DNA of 64,000 nucleotides from an uncultured Sphingorhabdus sp. (GTDB lineage: Bacteria > Pseudomonadota > Alphaproteobacteria > Sphingomonadales > Sphingomonadaceae): contig CAJQNR010000014.1 in the NCBI GenBank assembly GCA_905479715.1, forward strand, positions 6,677 through 70,676, given 5' to 3'. Below, in pieces: positions 1 through 10,005 of the stretch. Each line of letters begins with the position of its first letter. The first letter of the stretch is position 1. The notes below the pieces were generated by a model. That model had not been told where the DNA came from and did not search any database. It was given only the letters and a program-made list of their open reading frames with translations. Both the position numbers and the translations under genes were made by a program.

Positions 1-20
1 AGAAATGGAGGTCAGTAAGA

Positions 21-413
21 ATGGCGGAAAAGGCAATGTCTCTATGCGGTGCGCGCTTTTGCCTGCACGGGCGTGACGAAGCAGCCGGACTGGATTGCAT
101 CGGGCTTGCCGAGCAATGTCTGATCGCGGCCCATTTCGAATGCGACGTTCCCAACGGCTATTCGATCCGCGGCGGGTCGGAGGAGGCGATCAGCGCATTC
201 ATGGTCGAAGCCGGTTTCGAACGCTTCCCGCCGACCGCCAAATTGTGCGAAGGTGATATTGTTCTGGTTCGGCCCAGCCCGGTCCAGTGGCATTTTCTGA
301 TCCGCGCCAACAATGGCTTTGTTCACGCCCACGCCGGACTGGGCAAGGTCGTATATTGTCCCGGCAATGCGCCGTGGCCGATCGCCTCGATTTTCAGATT
401 GACGGAGGATTGA
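21..413 (+). CDS. NlpC/P60-family cell-wall peptidase of a GTA cluster (RcGTA g14-like)
   Basis: GLDCIGL catalytic Cys motif, WHFLI and FVHAH His motifs; directly upstream of the GTA tail gene. Confidence 0.85.
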   Translation: MAEKAMSLCGARFCLHGRDEAAGLDCIGLAEQCLIAAHFECDVPNGYSIRGGSEEAISAFMVEAGFERFPPTAKLCEGDIVLVRPSPVQWHFLIRANNGFVHAHAGLGKVVYCPGNAPWPIASIFRLTED

Positions 414-2639
414 ATGGCGACATTGGTCTTGACCGCCGTGGGCACCGCAATCGGTGGACCGATTGGCGGTGCTATCGGCGCAATTGTCGGCCAGCAGTTC
501 GACCAGAATATCCTGTTCCGGCCCAAGCGACGGGAAGGGCCGCGGCTGCAGGAACTGGCCGTTCAGACGTCGAGCTACGGATCCCAGATTCCCGGAATAT
601 ACGGCAGGATGCGCGTCGCCGGAACGGTGATCTGGGCGACCGACCTGAAGGAGACGCGCAGCAAACAAGGCGGCGGAAAAGGCAGGCCGAGCACGACAGT
701 CTACAGCTATTCTGGCTGTTTTGCCGTCGCCCTGTCGAGCCGCCGAATCAAAGACATCGGCAGGATATGGGCAGACGGGAAAATTTTCCGGGGAACCGCC
801 GGAGATTTCAAAACCGGAACGCAATTCTCCTTTCATGCAGGACATGAGGATCAGCCCGTCGATGGGCTGATAGCCAGCGCCGAGGCGGCTGATGGAACAC
901 CTGCCTATCGCGGTCTGGCACTGGCGATTTTTGAAGATATGGACCTCACCGATTATGGCAATCGCATCCCGTCTCTGACATTTGAAGTGATCGCCGACGA
1001 CGGTTCGGTGTCGATTGCCGATATTATCGCGGACATTTCAGGTGACCGGATCGTCCTGCCGCCGGGAGAGGCGGTTATCGGCTATGCTGCGGGGGGAGAT
1101 GACAGGCACGCTGCCATGCGTTCGCTGAGCGACTCCGTTGCGCTGTCCTTTTCATCTGATCCGGGCGCCCTTGACCGCATCGAAGCGAATGTGCGTTCGG
1201 TTGCAGGCCCTGCGCCCGGATTGGCGTTTGACGGCGATTTCGTGCGCACCGTGGGCAAACAGGAAATTGCACCGCCCGAACAGCGCTCCGCCTCGATTTC
1301 TGCGACCCCCCGGCAGATGTCTGTCCGCTATTATGATCCGGCGCGCGACTATCAATCCGGTATCCAGTCGGCGTTTCGTCCGGGAATAGGCCGGATATCG
1401 CTGACCCGGGATTTTCCCGCGACAATGGCTGTCGCACAAGCCAGGACCATCGCTGTAGACGGGCTGTGGACGGCCTATAGCGAACGCGCGACTCTGCAAG
1501 TTTCCCTGCCGCTCGGCAGCCGCCCGTATCGGCCCGGGATGCTGGTCGAATTTGGTGCTTTTGAAGGTCTCTGGCGTATTCGGGAATGCGAGATCGGGCC
1601 GGGTTTTGTGCAGCTTTCGCTGACCCGGACAAGCATCAACAATGGCCGCTCTCCGATTGCTTCGGAATCAGGCAGAAACGTACCGGATAACGATCTTCGG
1701 GCCGGATCGACCCGGCTTGTGCTGGTCGATCTGCCCTTCGCCGTCGATGCCCCGACTGCCGTGTCCGAATCAGGGAGACTTTATGCCGCGGCCGCCGGCG
1801 ATGCCGGATGGCGAAACGCGCAGCTTTTTGCTGCTGGCGCGGATGGTATGCCAGGCGCATTCATCGGCCAAATCCCGGCTCCCACGGTTATCGGCATTAC
1901 ATCGGGAACGCTGGTTTCTGCCAACCCTGCCTTGATCGATCGGATCAATCATATCGATGTGGACCTGGACAATCCGGCGATGACATTGGCTTTTGCCGAT
2001 GATTCACAATTGCTCGCCGGCAGCAATATCGCCCTGATCGGGCAGGAAATCATCCAGTTTGCCGAAGCGAGCCCACTAGGCGAGGGTCAGTTCCGTCTGT
2101 CCGGGCTGATTCGCGGCTTGGGCGGGACCGAGGCAGAAATCACGAAGCATAGCGCCGGTGAAGATTTTGTTCTGCTTGATACCGGGTCGATGCTGGAGAT
2201 CGGTGCCGCTTTATATTCCCCATTTTCACCAATCACTGTTTTGGCGCTAGGCCGCGATGACCTCGTTCCGGTGTCCGCATCCATCGCGTTGCCGGGCCGC
2301 GCTCTAATGCCTTGGTCCCCGGTTCATCCGACCTGGAATTTTCTGGACAATGGCGACCTTGCGATCGGCTGGACGCGGCGGTCCCGGGCGGGAACCGTCT
2401 GGTCGGACCATGTCGAAGTGCCGCTGGCGGAGGAAGCCGAGAAATATCGGGTTGAACTGTCGGAGGAAGACAGTCTCGAAATATCCCTTTCTCTTGAATC
2501 GGTGGCGCCCCAAGCCATTATATCCTCAGCACAATTGGCGCCAATATTATTGAATAATATCAATTACCTAACCGCCAGAATCTATCAAATCGGTGATAAT
2601 CGGCTGTCCCCGGCGCTGATCGTTGAAATACCGCTTTAA
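414..2639 (+). CDS. GTA/phage tail hub/host-specificity protein (RcGTA g15-like, short 741-aa form)
   Basis: N-terminus MATLVLTAVG...EGPRL, YGRMRVAGTVIWA, RIWADGK, PAYRGLA, YGNRIPSLTFEV; C-terminal WTRRSR and PLAEEAEKY are typical of g15. Confidence 0.88.
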   Translation: MATLVLTAVGTAIGGPIGGAIGAIVGQQFDQNILFRPKRREGPRLQELAVQTSSYGSQIPGIYGRMRVAGTVIWATDLKETRSKQGGGKGRPSTTVYSYSGCFAVALSSRRIKDIGRIWADGKIFRGTAGDFKTGTQFSFHAGHEDQPVDGLIASAEAADGTPAYRGLALAIFEDMDLTDYGNRIPSLTFEVIADDGSVSIADIIADISGDRIVLPPGEAVIGYAAGGDDRHAAMRSLSDSVALSFSSDPGALDRIEANVRSVAGPAPGLAFDGDFVRTVGKQEIAPPEQRSASISATPRQMSVRYYDPARDYQSGIQSAFRPGIGRISLTRDFPATMAVAQARTIAVDGLWTAYSERATLQVSLPLGSRPYRPGMLVEFGAFEGLWRIRECEIGPGFVQLSLTRTSINNGRSPIASESGRNVPDNDLRAGSTRLVLVDLPFAVDAPTAVSESGRLYAAAAGDAGWRNAQLFAAGADGMPGAFIGQIPAPTVIGITSGTLVSANPALIDRINHIDVDLDNPAMTLAFADDSQLLAGSNIALIGQEIIQFAEASPLGEGQFRLSGLIRGLGGTEAEITKHSAGEDFVLLDTGSMLEIGAALYSPFSPITVLALGRDDLVPVSASIALPGRALMPWSPVHPTWNFLDNGDLAIGWTRRSRAGTVWSDHVEVPLAEEAEKYRVELSEEDSLEISLSLESVAPQAIISSAQLAPILLNNINYLTARIYQIGDNRLSPALIVEIPL

Positions 2640-2684
2640 TTCCCGCTCATTCCGCTTTCGCAACCTCTCTGGAAAGAACTCAAC

Positions 2685-3134
2685 ATGGCTATACTGGAAA
2701 CGGCACGATTTGAAATTCCGCTACTCGCAACCGGACAGGCACATAAGGAGCTTTTTCACAACGAAGCGCTGACGCGCATCGATTTTCTGATTCATCCGAT
2801 CATCCAGGCGATTGAAACCGACCCGACAGCAATTGTCGCTGTTCCCGGACAGTCCTGGATAGTCGGACCGGGGGCGACCGACGAATGGCTGGGCCATGAC
2901 GACCAGATTGCCGGCTGGACCGGAAATGGCTGGCTGTTTATCCCGCCCCTGGCGTTGATGCGCGTCTATATAGAATCACTCGACAATTTCGCTGTTTATC
3001 GCAGTTCTTGGCAATTGGGCTCGTCGATCGACAGCCCGACATCAGGCGCTGTTGTCGATGTTGAGGCACGGAGCGCCATCGATTCGATTTTGGCGGCATC
3101 GCAGGCGCAGGGCATTCTGCAACCGGAAGTATAA
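2685..3134 (+). CDS. DUF2793 protein (GTA tail-fibre-associated)
   Basis: PLLATGQAHKELFHNEAL and W.GHDDQIAGW..NGWLF motifs; follows the GTA tail gene. Confidence 0.85.
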   Translation: MAILETARFEIPLLATGQAHKELFHNEALTRIDFLIHPIIQAIETDPTAIVAVPGQSWIVGPGATDEWLGHDDQIAGWTGNGWLFIPPLALMRVYIESLDNFAVYRSSWQLGSSIDSPTSGAVVDVEARSAIDSILAASQAQGILQPEV

Positions 3135-3325
3135 AAATGCGTCGGGATATTGAGCAGGAACACCGCTACTCTCAATTCCTCCGCGTTTGGACGTCATTTT
3201 TTGGGCTAAATGCCGAAAATGGCGACATTTTCGCAACAGTTCTGCGATTTGGCCGCTTGCACTGATCGATACGAAGGGTTAGAAAGCGGCGTGAATTTAG
3301 AACCTAATTGAGAAGGGGAATATAA

Positions 3326-4432
3326 ATGCGGAAGCTTGCCTTAGGAATGGCGCTTGCCTCCACAGCGCTCGCAACACCTGCTCTGGCTCGTGATGGCCAG
3401 TGGTATGTCGGTGTCGAGGGCGGTGCAATGATTGCCGAAGATCTGTCGATTGATGTTGCCGGTACAAATGATGCTGTCAAAACGGATCATGACACAGGTT
3501 ATGATTTTGACGGTATCGTCGGATATGATTTCGGTGGTTTCCGCCTGGAAGCCGAAGTTGGGTATAAGGCTGCAGCTGCTAACAGCGTGCAAGCAGTAAC
3601 ACCTGGTATCCCGTCGCTCGCAAATGGCGGTGGCAATTTTACCGGAACAAATGCGATCAATGGCGAAGTAAATGCGCTCAGCTTCATGCTGAACGGTATG
3701 CTCGACTTTGGCGATGATGACGGTGTTCAAGGCTTTGTTGGCGGCGGCGTCGGCGTTGCTCGCACCGAAGTTACCAATATCTTTGCTGGACCTTATCTTG
3801 ATGATTCGGACACAGGTTTTGCATGGCAGTTGCTTGCAGGCGTTCGCGCTCCATTGAGCGACAGCTGGGACGTTGGACTGAAATATCGCTTCTTCAATGC
3901 TGAAAAAATCAATCTCGTCGATCAAATCGGTCGTTCAAACGATACGCGTCTGCGGACCCATTCGATCTTGGGTAGCTTGATCTACAACTTCGGCGGCGAA
4001 CCAGCGGCACCGCCACCGCCACCGCCTCCACCACCACCACCACCGCCACCGCCACCACCACCACCGCCACCAGCGGCTGTATGTGAGCCTGGCCCTTATA
4101 TTGTGTTCTTTGACTGGGATCAGTCGGACATCACTCCAGAAGCGGCTTCGGTTCTCGACAATGCGGTTACCGCATATGGTGATTGTGGTTCGGCTCAGGT
4201 CATGCTGGCTGGTCACGCTGATAAGTCTGGTTCTGCCAGCTACAACGTTGGTCTGTCTCAGCGTCGTAACGCGGCTGTTCGTGCATATCTCGAATCGCGC
4301 GGCATCAGCGGCGGCGTTATCTCGAGTGAAGCCTTCGGTGAATCGCGTCCTCGCGTTGAAACCGCAGACGGTGTTCGTGAACCTCAGAACCGTCGTGTTG
4401 AAGTTATGTACGGACCAGGTTCCGGTAACTAA
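3326..4432 (+). CDS. OmpA-family outer membrane protein (beta-barrel, polyproline linker, peptidoglycan-binding domain)
   Basis: Signal peptide; C-terminal VFFDWD, GHAD, YNVGLSQRR, NRRVE; GAAGGGG RBS. Confidence 0.95.
   Translation: MRKLALGMALASTALATPALARDGQWYVGVEGGAMIAEDLSIDVAGTNDAVKTDHDTGYDFDGIVGYDFGGFRLEAEVGYKAAAANSVQAVTPGIPSLANGGGNFTGTNAINGEVNALSFMLNGMLDFGDDDGVQGFVGGGVGVARTEVTNIFAGPYLDDSDTGFAWQLLAGVRAPLSDSWDVGLKYRFFNAEKINLVDQIGRSNDTRLRTHSILGSLIYNFGGEPAAPPPPPPPPPPPPPPPPPPPPPAAVCEPGPYIVFFDWDQSDITPEAASVLDNAVTAYGDCGSAQVMLAGHADKSGSASYNVGLSQRRNAAVRAYLESRGISGGVISSEAFGESRPRVETADGVREPQNRRVEVMYGPGSGN
4010..4072 (+). repeat. (CCN)21 tract encoding 21 consecutive prolines
   Basis: Run of CCG/CCA/CCT codons counted directly. 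Confidence 0.95.
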
Positions 4433-4455
4433 TAGCAACATCGATACCATTTATG

Positions 4456-4489
4456 AAAAGGGCTGGTCTTCGGACTGGCCCTTTTTTTT
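4456..4489 (+). terminator. Intrinsic terminator after the OmpA gene
   Basis: AAAAGGGCTGGTC-TTCG-GACTGGCCC followed by T8. Confidence 0.9.
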
Positions 4490-4734
4490 GATTGGTATCC
4501 GCCTGAACCGGAACATGAATCTGGTGCTGGCACGACAACGCGCACGGTCATGGCGCACCGCGTGAGCGCGGGCAGATTTCAGATGATGGAAAATATCTTG
4601 GGCAGGATCGATTGCCCGCCTCTGAATATGCAAGGGGGCGATGGTTGCGGCACCATCCCGGCTATTTCGCCAAGATCAGGGTTGATAGCCTGTTCGGCCG
4701 ACACAATCTCTCGGCAGAGTCGCCCGGCAGAATC

Positions 4735-5391
4735 TTAGCCCAAAAGACTTTCGAACAGTGGCAGTCCGTCGGTCCCGCCGTGTTTTTTGTCGATCGCCCG
4801 TTCCGGGTGCGGCATCATGCCGAGGACATTGCCCGCTTCATTGATGATGCCGGCAATATTACGGGATGATCCGTTGATCTCGCTGCGGTAACGAAACACG
4901 ACCCGGTCTTCATTTTCCAGCCGATCGAGCGTGTAGGTGTCGGCAAAAAAATTGCCGTCATGGTGCGCGACCGGGGTCAGGATCGGGGTGTTTTCCAAAT
5001 AACCGGACGTGAATATCGTGTCGGTATTGACGACATCGAGTTCGGCATCTTTGCAGACAAAATGGATGTTGCTGTTCCGCATCAGGGCGCCGGGCAACAA
5101 TCCCATTTCCGTGAGGATTTGAAACCCGTTGCACACGCCCAATATCCGGACGCCACGTTGTGCGGCGTCCATGACCGGTTTTATGATATTGGAGCGCGAT
5201 GCCATCGCACCGGATCGAAGATAGTCGCCATAAGAAAAGCCACCCGGAATCGCGATCACATCCAGCCCGGAGGGAAGTTCGCTGTCACCATGCCAGACCA
5301 TATGAGGCTTTTGCCCCGTAACGGTTTCCAGAGCGACAGCCATATCGCGGTCACAGTTCGAGCCCGGAAAGACGATTACCGCGGATCGCAT
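4735..5391 (-). CDS. purQ: Phosphoribosylformylglycinamidine synthase subunit PurQ
   Basis: [35 protein letters not shown]. Confidence 0.98.
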   Translation of the reverse strand: MRSAVIVFPGSNCDRDMAVALETVTGQKPHMVWHGDSELPSGLDVIAIPGGFSYGDYLRSGAMASRSNIIKPVMDAAQRGVRILGVCNGFQILTEMGLLPGALMRNSNIHFVCKDAELDVVNTDTIFTSGYLENTPILTPVAHHDGNFFADTYTLDRLENEDRVVFRYRSEINGSSRNIAGIINEAGNVLGMMPHPERAIDKKHGGTDGLPLFESLLG

Positions 5392-5645
5392 CAGGACACA
5401 GTCCCCGATGTCATTTCGGGTAGCTCGATTTCATAATTTTCGATGACGGTATTGGCGAGCAGCTTGTCACACATTCTATCGATTTCTTCACGGCTGACGG
5501 ACGGATCAACATCGAGTTCGATCAGCTTGCCCGCACGAACATCGTTGACGCCGGAAAAATCGAGACTTTCCAGCGCATGATGAATGGCCTTACCCTGAGG
5601 ATCCAATACGCCATCTTTCAGCGTTACAAAAATTCTGACTTTCAT
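5391..5645 (-). CDS. purS: Phosphoribosylformylglycinamidine synthase subunit PurS
   Basis: VLDPQGKA and [10 protein letters not shown]; coupled to purQ. Confidence 0.97.
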   Translation of the reverse strand: MKVRIFVTLKDGVLDPQGKAIHHALESLDFSGVNDVRAGKLIELDVDPSVSREEIDRMCDKLLANTVIENYEIELPEMTSGTVS

Positions 5646-5764
5646 CCTGCGCCCTCGCTCTGTTCCGCCGGCTAATATCGCCTTGCTATAGCGCCAAGAT
5701 TAGCCGGGGCAAGGGGAAGAACGCAAAATGGAAAAGGCTGGCGGCCGTTTATGGTCTAACCGTT

Positions 5765-7183
5765 TCAGAAATAGCGCGCGAATTTGAAATTCACGCGGTG
5801 GCGGTTCATCTCGTACAGTGTATAATTGCTGTCTACCCGTGAATAATTATAGTCGATTGATGGTGAGAATCCGAGAAACTTGATTTTGCGGCTGCCAATA
5901 TAGGCGCGTGCGAAGCCCCTCCAGTCCAGACGGTTTTCGGTGGAATAGAGTAGCAAGGGGGCATCGAATTCGGAACGACTGACACTGGCGGAGACGCCCG
6001 CATTCAAGCCGAGTGGCAATTCACCGCCAATACCGAGATTGACACCATAGTTGAAACTGGAGAAGCCGTCGGCGTTGAGCAGGTCGCGACGTGCGAAAAC
6101 ACTGGCGGAGGCAATAAGCGATTTGCCAATCAGATGCTCATAAGTCGCATTGGCACCAAGCTGCCAGCCACTATAGGCATTGCTAAGCTCGGATTCGGTA
6201 CGACGCGCATCCAGTTCAAAGCCCAGTCTCTGGCCCTCGCTGAGCGCCTGTTGATATCCGAACCTGCCGCCATATTCCCGCGTAGCAAGTCGACCACCAT
6301 ACCAGCGATGCAAACCGACAGCCTGCAGCGAAATACTGGAGTAGCGGGCAATGCGGAGTTCGGGCCCGGCAGCTGCCTGAATGACAATATCGTCGGCGTC
6401 TTCGCCTTTATAATTGACTATCTTGCTATCGGCATCGAGCAACAGCGCCAGCCGGTCGTTGGCTTTTATACGGATCCCGCCGGAAAATCCCGCGGTTTGA
6501 CCAATGCCGGAACGTTCCCGTGCATTTTCGTCCAGTTGCAGGGGCAGTTTGATCGGACCGAAATTAATGTCAACGCTTTCGGCGTTGGTCGCGCCGTTGA
6601 TATTGGTGTCGGGCGCAAAACCGAAGTCAAAGCTGAAGCGCCAGACTCGCTGATCGCGCAGGATGCTGCGCGTATTGCGAATAGTCTGGGCGATCTCGTC
6701 GGGCAGATTTTCATCATTTTGAGCGAGACGGAAATGATAGTCAGCACTCGCTTCTTTGCCCGTCATCAAATAGGCTCTGGCGAGCTCCAGCCGGACACGG
6801 GTCTGACCGGGATTTTCATCCAGAATCGAACGGAACTTCTTTATTGCGCCGTCGACGTCGCCCGTCTCGATGGCGATATAGCCAGCGAGAAACCGTTGCT
6901 GCATTTGCAGTTCGGGTACCTGTCCCAATGCTTCAACCAGAGGCAGCGCCTCCTGATATTGCTTGGCGTGGATCAAGGCTTCCGCCTTGGACAAAAGCTG
7001 GCGGGGCGTTACCTGAACGTGACATCTTCCGCTTGCATCGCAAGTCGGTTGTAGCGCTGGTGCAATTTCCACAACCGCATCGGCTGCAGCAACCAACGGG
7101 GCGGTGGCTTGTGCCTGACCGAATCCCGCTATGGTTGCGCAAGATACAACTGTAGCTTTGACCAAAGAGCCAGAATTTACCAT
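5765..7183 (-). CDS. Surface lipoprotein assembly modulator (Slam/DUF560, type XI secretion translocon)
   Basis: Signal peptide, TPR region (RVRLELARAY), PDTNIN motif at the barrel start, beta-barrel ending in Phe (FARYF). Confidence 0.85.
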   Translation of the reverse strand: MVNSGSLVKATVVSCATIAGFGQAQATAPLVAAADAVVEIAPALQPTCDASGRCHVQVTPRQLLSKAEALIHAKQYQEALPLVEALGQVPELQMQQRFLAGYIAIETGDVDGAIKKFRSILDENPGQTRVRLELARAYLMTGKEASADYHFRLAQNDENLPDEIAQTIRNTRSILRDQRVWRFSFDFGFAPDTNINGATNAESVDINFGPIKLPLQLDENARERSGIGQTAGFSGGIRIKANDRLALLLDADSKIVNYKGEDADDIVIQAAAGPELRIARYSSISLQAVGLHRWYGGRLATREYGGRFGYQQALSEGQRLGFELDARRTESELSNAYSGWQLGANATYEHLIGKSLIASASVFARRDLLNADGFSSFNYGVNLGIGGELPLGLNAGVSASVSRSEFDAPLLLYSTENRLDWRGFARAYIGSRKIKFLGFSPSIDYNYSRVDSNYTLYEMNRHRVNFKFARYF

Positions 7184-7191
7184 TCCGATCT

Positions 7192-8436
7192 CTAGGGCTT
7201 TTTGCCGACGAAGGTTCCCAAAATGTCGATCCGCTCATCTGGTGTGCCACCAACGATGCGGTAGCCGCCACCCAGCTCAACCCCGTCGGGGCCGTAAAAG
7301 GCGCCATCAATGCTTGATCCGGCAATCACCATGTCAAGGCGTCCGCCGCCCGGATTGACGAACCAGGCTTCATTAAACTGTCCGAAGAAGCCGCCCGCTG
7401 ACACGAGGTTGATATCGCCCGCACCATTCGCACCGAATTGCGCATTTTCCAGCACGCTGTGCTGGCCGCTCGTACCATCAAAAAAGGGCGCTCCGACCGT
7501 ACCATCAAGTGACAGCGAGAAGGTATTGGCGCCAAAATCAACGTCGGTTGTCGCGCGTCCGGCGATCCACTGGAAATACGTATCGAAATTTCCTGTCGCG
7601 TCCGGCTGGTCGTTGAATACCATCGATGCAAGCATGGTCCCTTCAAATGTGCCGGTACCGCTTGTAGGCACATCATCGTTCGCTGTGACTTCTCCATAAG
7701 CAAAGGCACCGCGTTCCAATTGATTGGTCTGTCTGAGAAACTCGGTTGTCGATCCGTCGGCATTATCGATCGTTATGTTGCTGACTCCCGCGCGATTCCG
7801 CAAATAGCCCGCAAAGGTGACATAATCCGTTTCCGTTCCTGGCGTCTGATAGAAAAACGTGGTTGCATCGTAGCTTCCACTCTGGCCTGGATCGACGAGG
7901 CCAAAAACAAATTCGCCTGGCACCGTGCGCGTTACATTATTGGAAGATCCCGATTCCAGATAGTTCATTCCGTCGATACCAAATTGAGCTGCTCCAAGAT
8001 CGGGAGTGCCGTTCTGTGGTTCGACCAAACCGCCGAAATTGGTCCGGTGGAGAGGGTCCTGGAAGCGACTGGCCGTCGATGTGCCGGCAAGCGTGTTAGT
8101 GAAGCTAACATCAAAAATGGCATCGCGCGGGTTGTAGGCGATTGTCAGACCGCTGTTGCGCACCGTAGTAGCATCGCCCTGATACAACTGGCCAGTCTGT
8201 CCCGCGCCCGGGTCACCAGCGGCCTCCACTGTGTAACTGTAGCTGTGAGTGCCACCAACGGCCGTATAGGTTTTGGATTCGGTCGGATCTACAAATGTGT
8301 GGGTCGTCCCGCTGTCTGTACCACTACCCGAACCGCTGCTACCGGTAGGAGCAGCACTACTGCCGGCAGACTGGGGACCTGCGCCGCCGCAAGCGGCGAG
8401 CATCGTTGTCGTGGCAAGCAAAATAATTAAGCGCAT
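7192..8436 (-). CDS. TbpB-like surface lipoprotein (probable T11SS cargo)
   Basis: Lipobox LAAC, Gly/Ser-rich tether, C-terminal barrel signature GAFYGP...ELGGGY...GTFVGKK; 8 nt upstream of the Slam gene. Confidence 0.82.
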   Translation of the reverse strand: MRLIILLATTTMLAACGGAGPQSAGSSAAPTGSSGSGSGTDSGTTHTFVDPTESKTYTAVGGTHSYSYTVEAAGDPGAGQTGQLYQGDATTVRNSGLTIAYNPRDAIFDVSFTNTLAGTSTASRFQDPLHRTNFGGLVEPQNGTPDLGAAQFGIDGMNYLESGSSNNVTRTVPGEFVFGLVDPGQSGSYDATTFFYQTPGTETDYVTFAGYLRNRAGVSNITIDNADGSTTEFLRQTNQLERGAFAYGEVTANDDVPTSGTGTFEGTMLASMVFNDQPDATGNFDTYFQWIAGRATTDVDFGANTFSLSLDGTVGAPFFDGTSGQHSVLENAQFGANGAGDINLVSAGGFFGQFNEAWFVNPGGGRLDMVIAGSSIDGAFYGPDGVELGGGYRIVGGTPDERIDILGTFVGKKP

Positions 8437-8488
8437 TGGGAATATTCCTCACATGAGTTCCACATGAGGGCGGTGCTATCATTTCATT

Positions 8489-8505
8489 GGTTAATTTCAC
8501 GTAAA
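8489..8505 (-). promoter_or_regulatory. Candidate CtrA box upstream of the lipoprotein-Slam operon
   Basis: Minus strand TTTA-N7-TTAACC, one mismatch to TTAA-N7-TTAAC. Confidence 0.35.
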
Positions 8506-8589
8506 CCATGGGTGATATGTACGGGATAGTGCCGCCCCCTTGACGGGGTTAATCGCACGATCACCTAACCACGGGGCGAAAAGCTATGG

Positions 8590-9366
8590 TTACTTTCCGC
8601 GCTTCTTTCGTTCACTATTGAGGTCCAGCACTTCGCTTTCGCCTTCCGGGAAAAGGCCGAGACGCCGGGCAACTTCCTGATATGCCTCGGCTTCTCCGCC
8701 CAAATCACGACGGAAACGGTCTTTATCCAGCTTTTCGTTGGTCTTGAGATCCCACAGGCGGCAGCCGTCCGGACTTATCTCGTCGGCCAGGATGATCCGC
8801 GAAAAATCACCTTCGAAAATCCGTCCGAATTCAAGCTTGAAATCAACCAGCCTGATGCCGATTCCGGCAAACATTCCGGCCATGAAATCGTTGATCCGGA
8901 TAGCCATGGCGGAAATATCCTGCATTTCATCCTGACTGGCCCAGCCAAAGCAGGCGATATGTTCTTCCGCGACCAGTGGATCACCGAGTGCATCATCCTT
9001 GTAGCAATATTCCAGCAAGGTATGGGGGAGCGGTGTGCCTTCTTCGATGCCAAGGCGTTTGGAAAGAGAGCCGGCAGCCACATTGCGGACGATCACTTCG
9101 ATCGGGACAATCTCGACCTGTTTGACGAGCTGTTCGCGCATGTTGAGACGCCGGATGAAATGGCTGGGGATGCCAATATGGCCAAGCAATGTGAAAATAT
9201 GCTCGCTGATGCGATTGTTGATCACGCCCTTGCCGTTGATCGTGCCTTTTTTCTCGGCGTTGAAAGCGGTGGCATCATCCTTGAAATATTGAATGATGGT
9301 GCCTGGTTCAGGGCCTTCGTAAAGAATCTTGGCCTTGCCTTCATAGATTTGGCGGCGACGGGACAT
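8590..9366 (-). CDS. purC: SAICAR synthase
   Basis: [39 protein letters not shown]. Confidence 0.98.
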   Translation of the reverse strand: MSRRRQIYEGKAKILYEGPEPGTIIQYFKDDATAFNAEKKGTINGKGVINNRISEHIFTLLGHIGIPSHFIRRLNMREQLVKQVEIVPIEVIVRNVAAGSLSKRLGIEEGTPLPHTLLEYCYKDDALGDPLVAEEHIACFGWASQDEMQDISAMAIRINDFMAGMFAGIGIRLVDFKLEFGRIFEGDFSRIILADEISPDGCRLWDLKTNEKLDKDRFRRDLGGEAEAYQEVARRLGLFPEGESEVLDLNSERKKRGK

Positions 9367-9540
9367 TGCTTGGTTCCACTTCGCAAAGAGAGCGACAAAA
9401 AATCATGCCCCGATTGTTCGAATCATGACGGATTGAACGGATCGGGGCAACCGAGCCTTCCTATATGCGAAAGCAGCTTGCGGCGCAAACAATCCCGTTT
9501 CATGATGGCTGGCCGATAGAAGCGAGAGATTGCGAACGCG

Positions 9541-10005
9541 ATGACCCAATATGCCACCATAGATGAAGTCATGGACACGTTATATGATTGCATATCGGGG
9601 CCGCCGGGTGGGCAGGATTGGGAGCGTGACCGCGAAATCTATCATCCGCGTTGTGTGCTGGTCCGGACCCGGATCGAGGATGGCAAGCCGGTTGCCTATC
9701 CCTTCAGCTATGACGAATTTGTCGAAGCGACCATCCCGCTGCTCGAAGGCAAGTCATTTTACGAGATCGAGATCGGCCGCAAGGTCGATGTTTTCGGACA
9801 GGTTGCCCATGTCTATTCCGCCTATGAGGCGCGCGAAACGCCGGACCATCCCGAAATTCAGTTCCGCGGCTTGAACATGATCCATCTCTGGAATGATGAT
9901 ATGGGCGAGGATGGCAAACCCGCTGGTCGCTGGTGGATCATGGGGATTATCTGGGACAATGAGCGCGAAGGTCTGGCGTTACCGAAAGCGTGGCTATCGC
10001 GTTGA
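9541..10005 (+). CDS. NTF2/SnoaL-like hypothetical protein
   Basis: ISGPPG..DW, FYEIE, FGQVAHVYSAYE, RWWI..IWDNE pattern. Confidence 0.65.
   Translation: MTQYATIDEVMDTLYDCISGPPGGQDWERDREIYHPRCVLVRTRIEDGKPVAYPFSYDEFVEATIPLLEGKSFYEIEIGRKVDVFGQVAHVYSAYEARETPDHPEIQFRGLNMIHLWNDDMGEDGKPAGRWWIMGIIWDNEREGLALPKAWLSR

Noticed and set aside
21-3134. Prophage interpretation of the tail genes
   Set aside because: Gene order matches RcGTA g14-g15, and no lysis, integrase or att features follow; the upstream part is outside the window, so a prophage is not fully excluded
4490-4734. Several short hairpins between the OmpA terminator and the purQ stop
   Set aside because: Stems are short and imperfect and no promoter was found; expected by chance at this GC content
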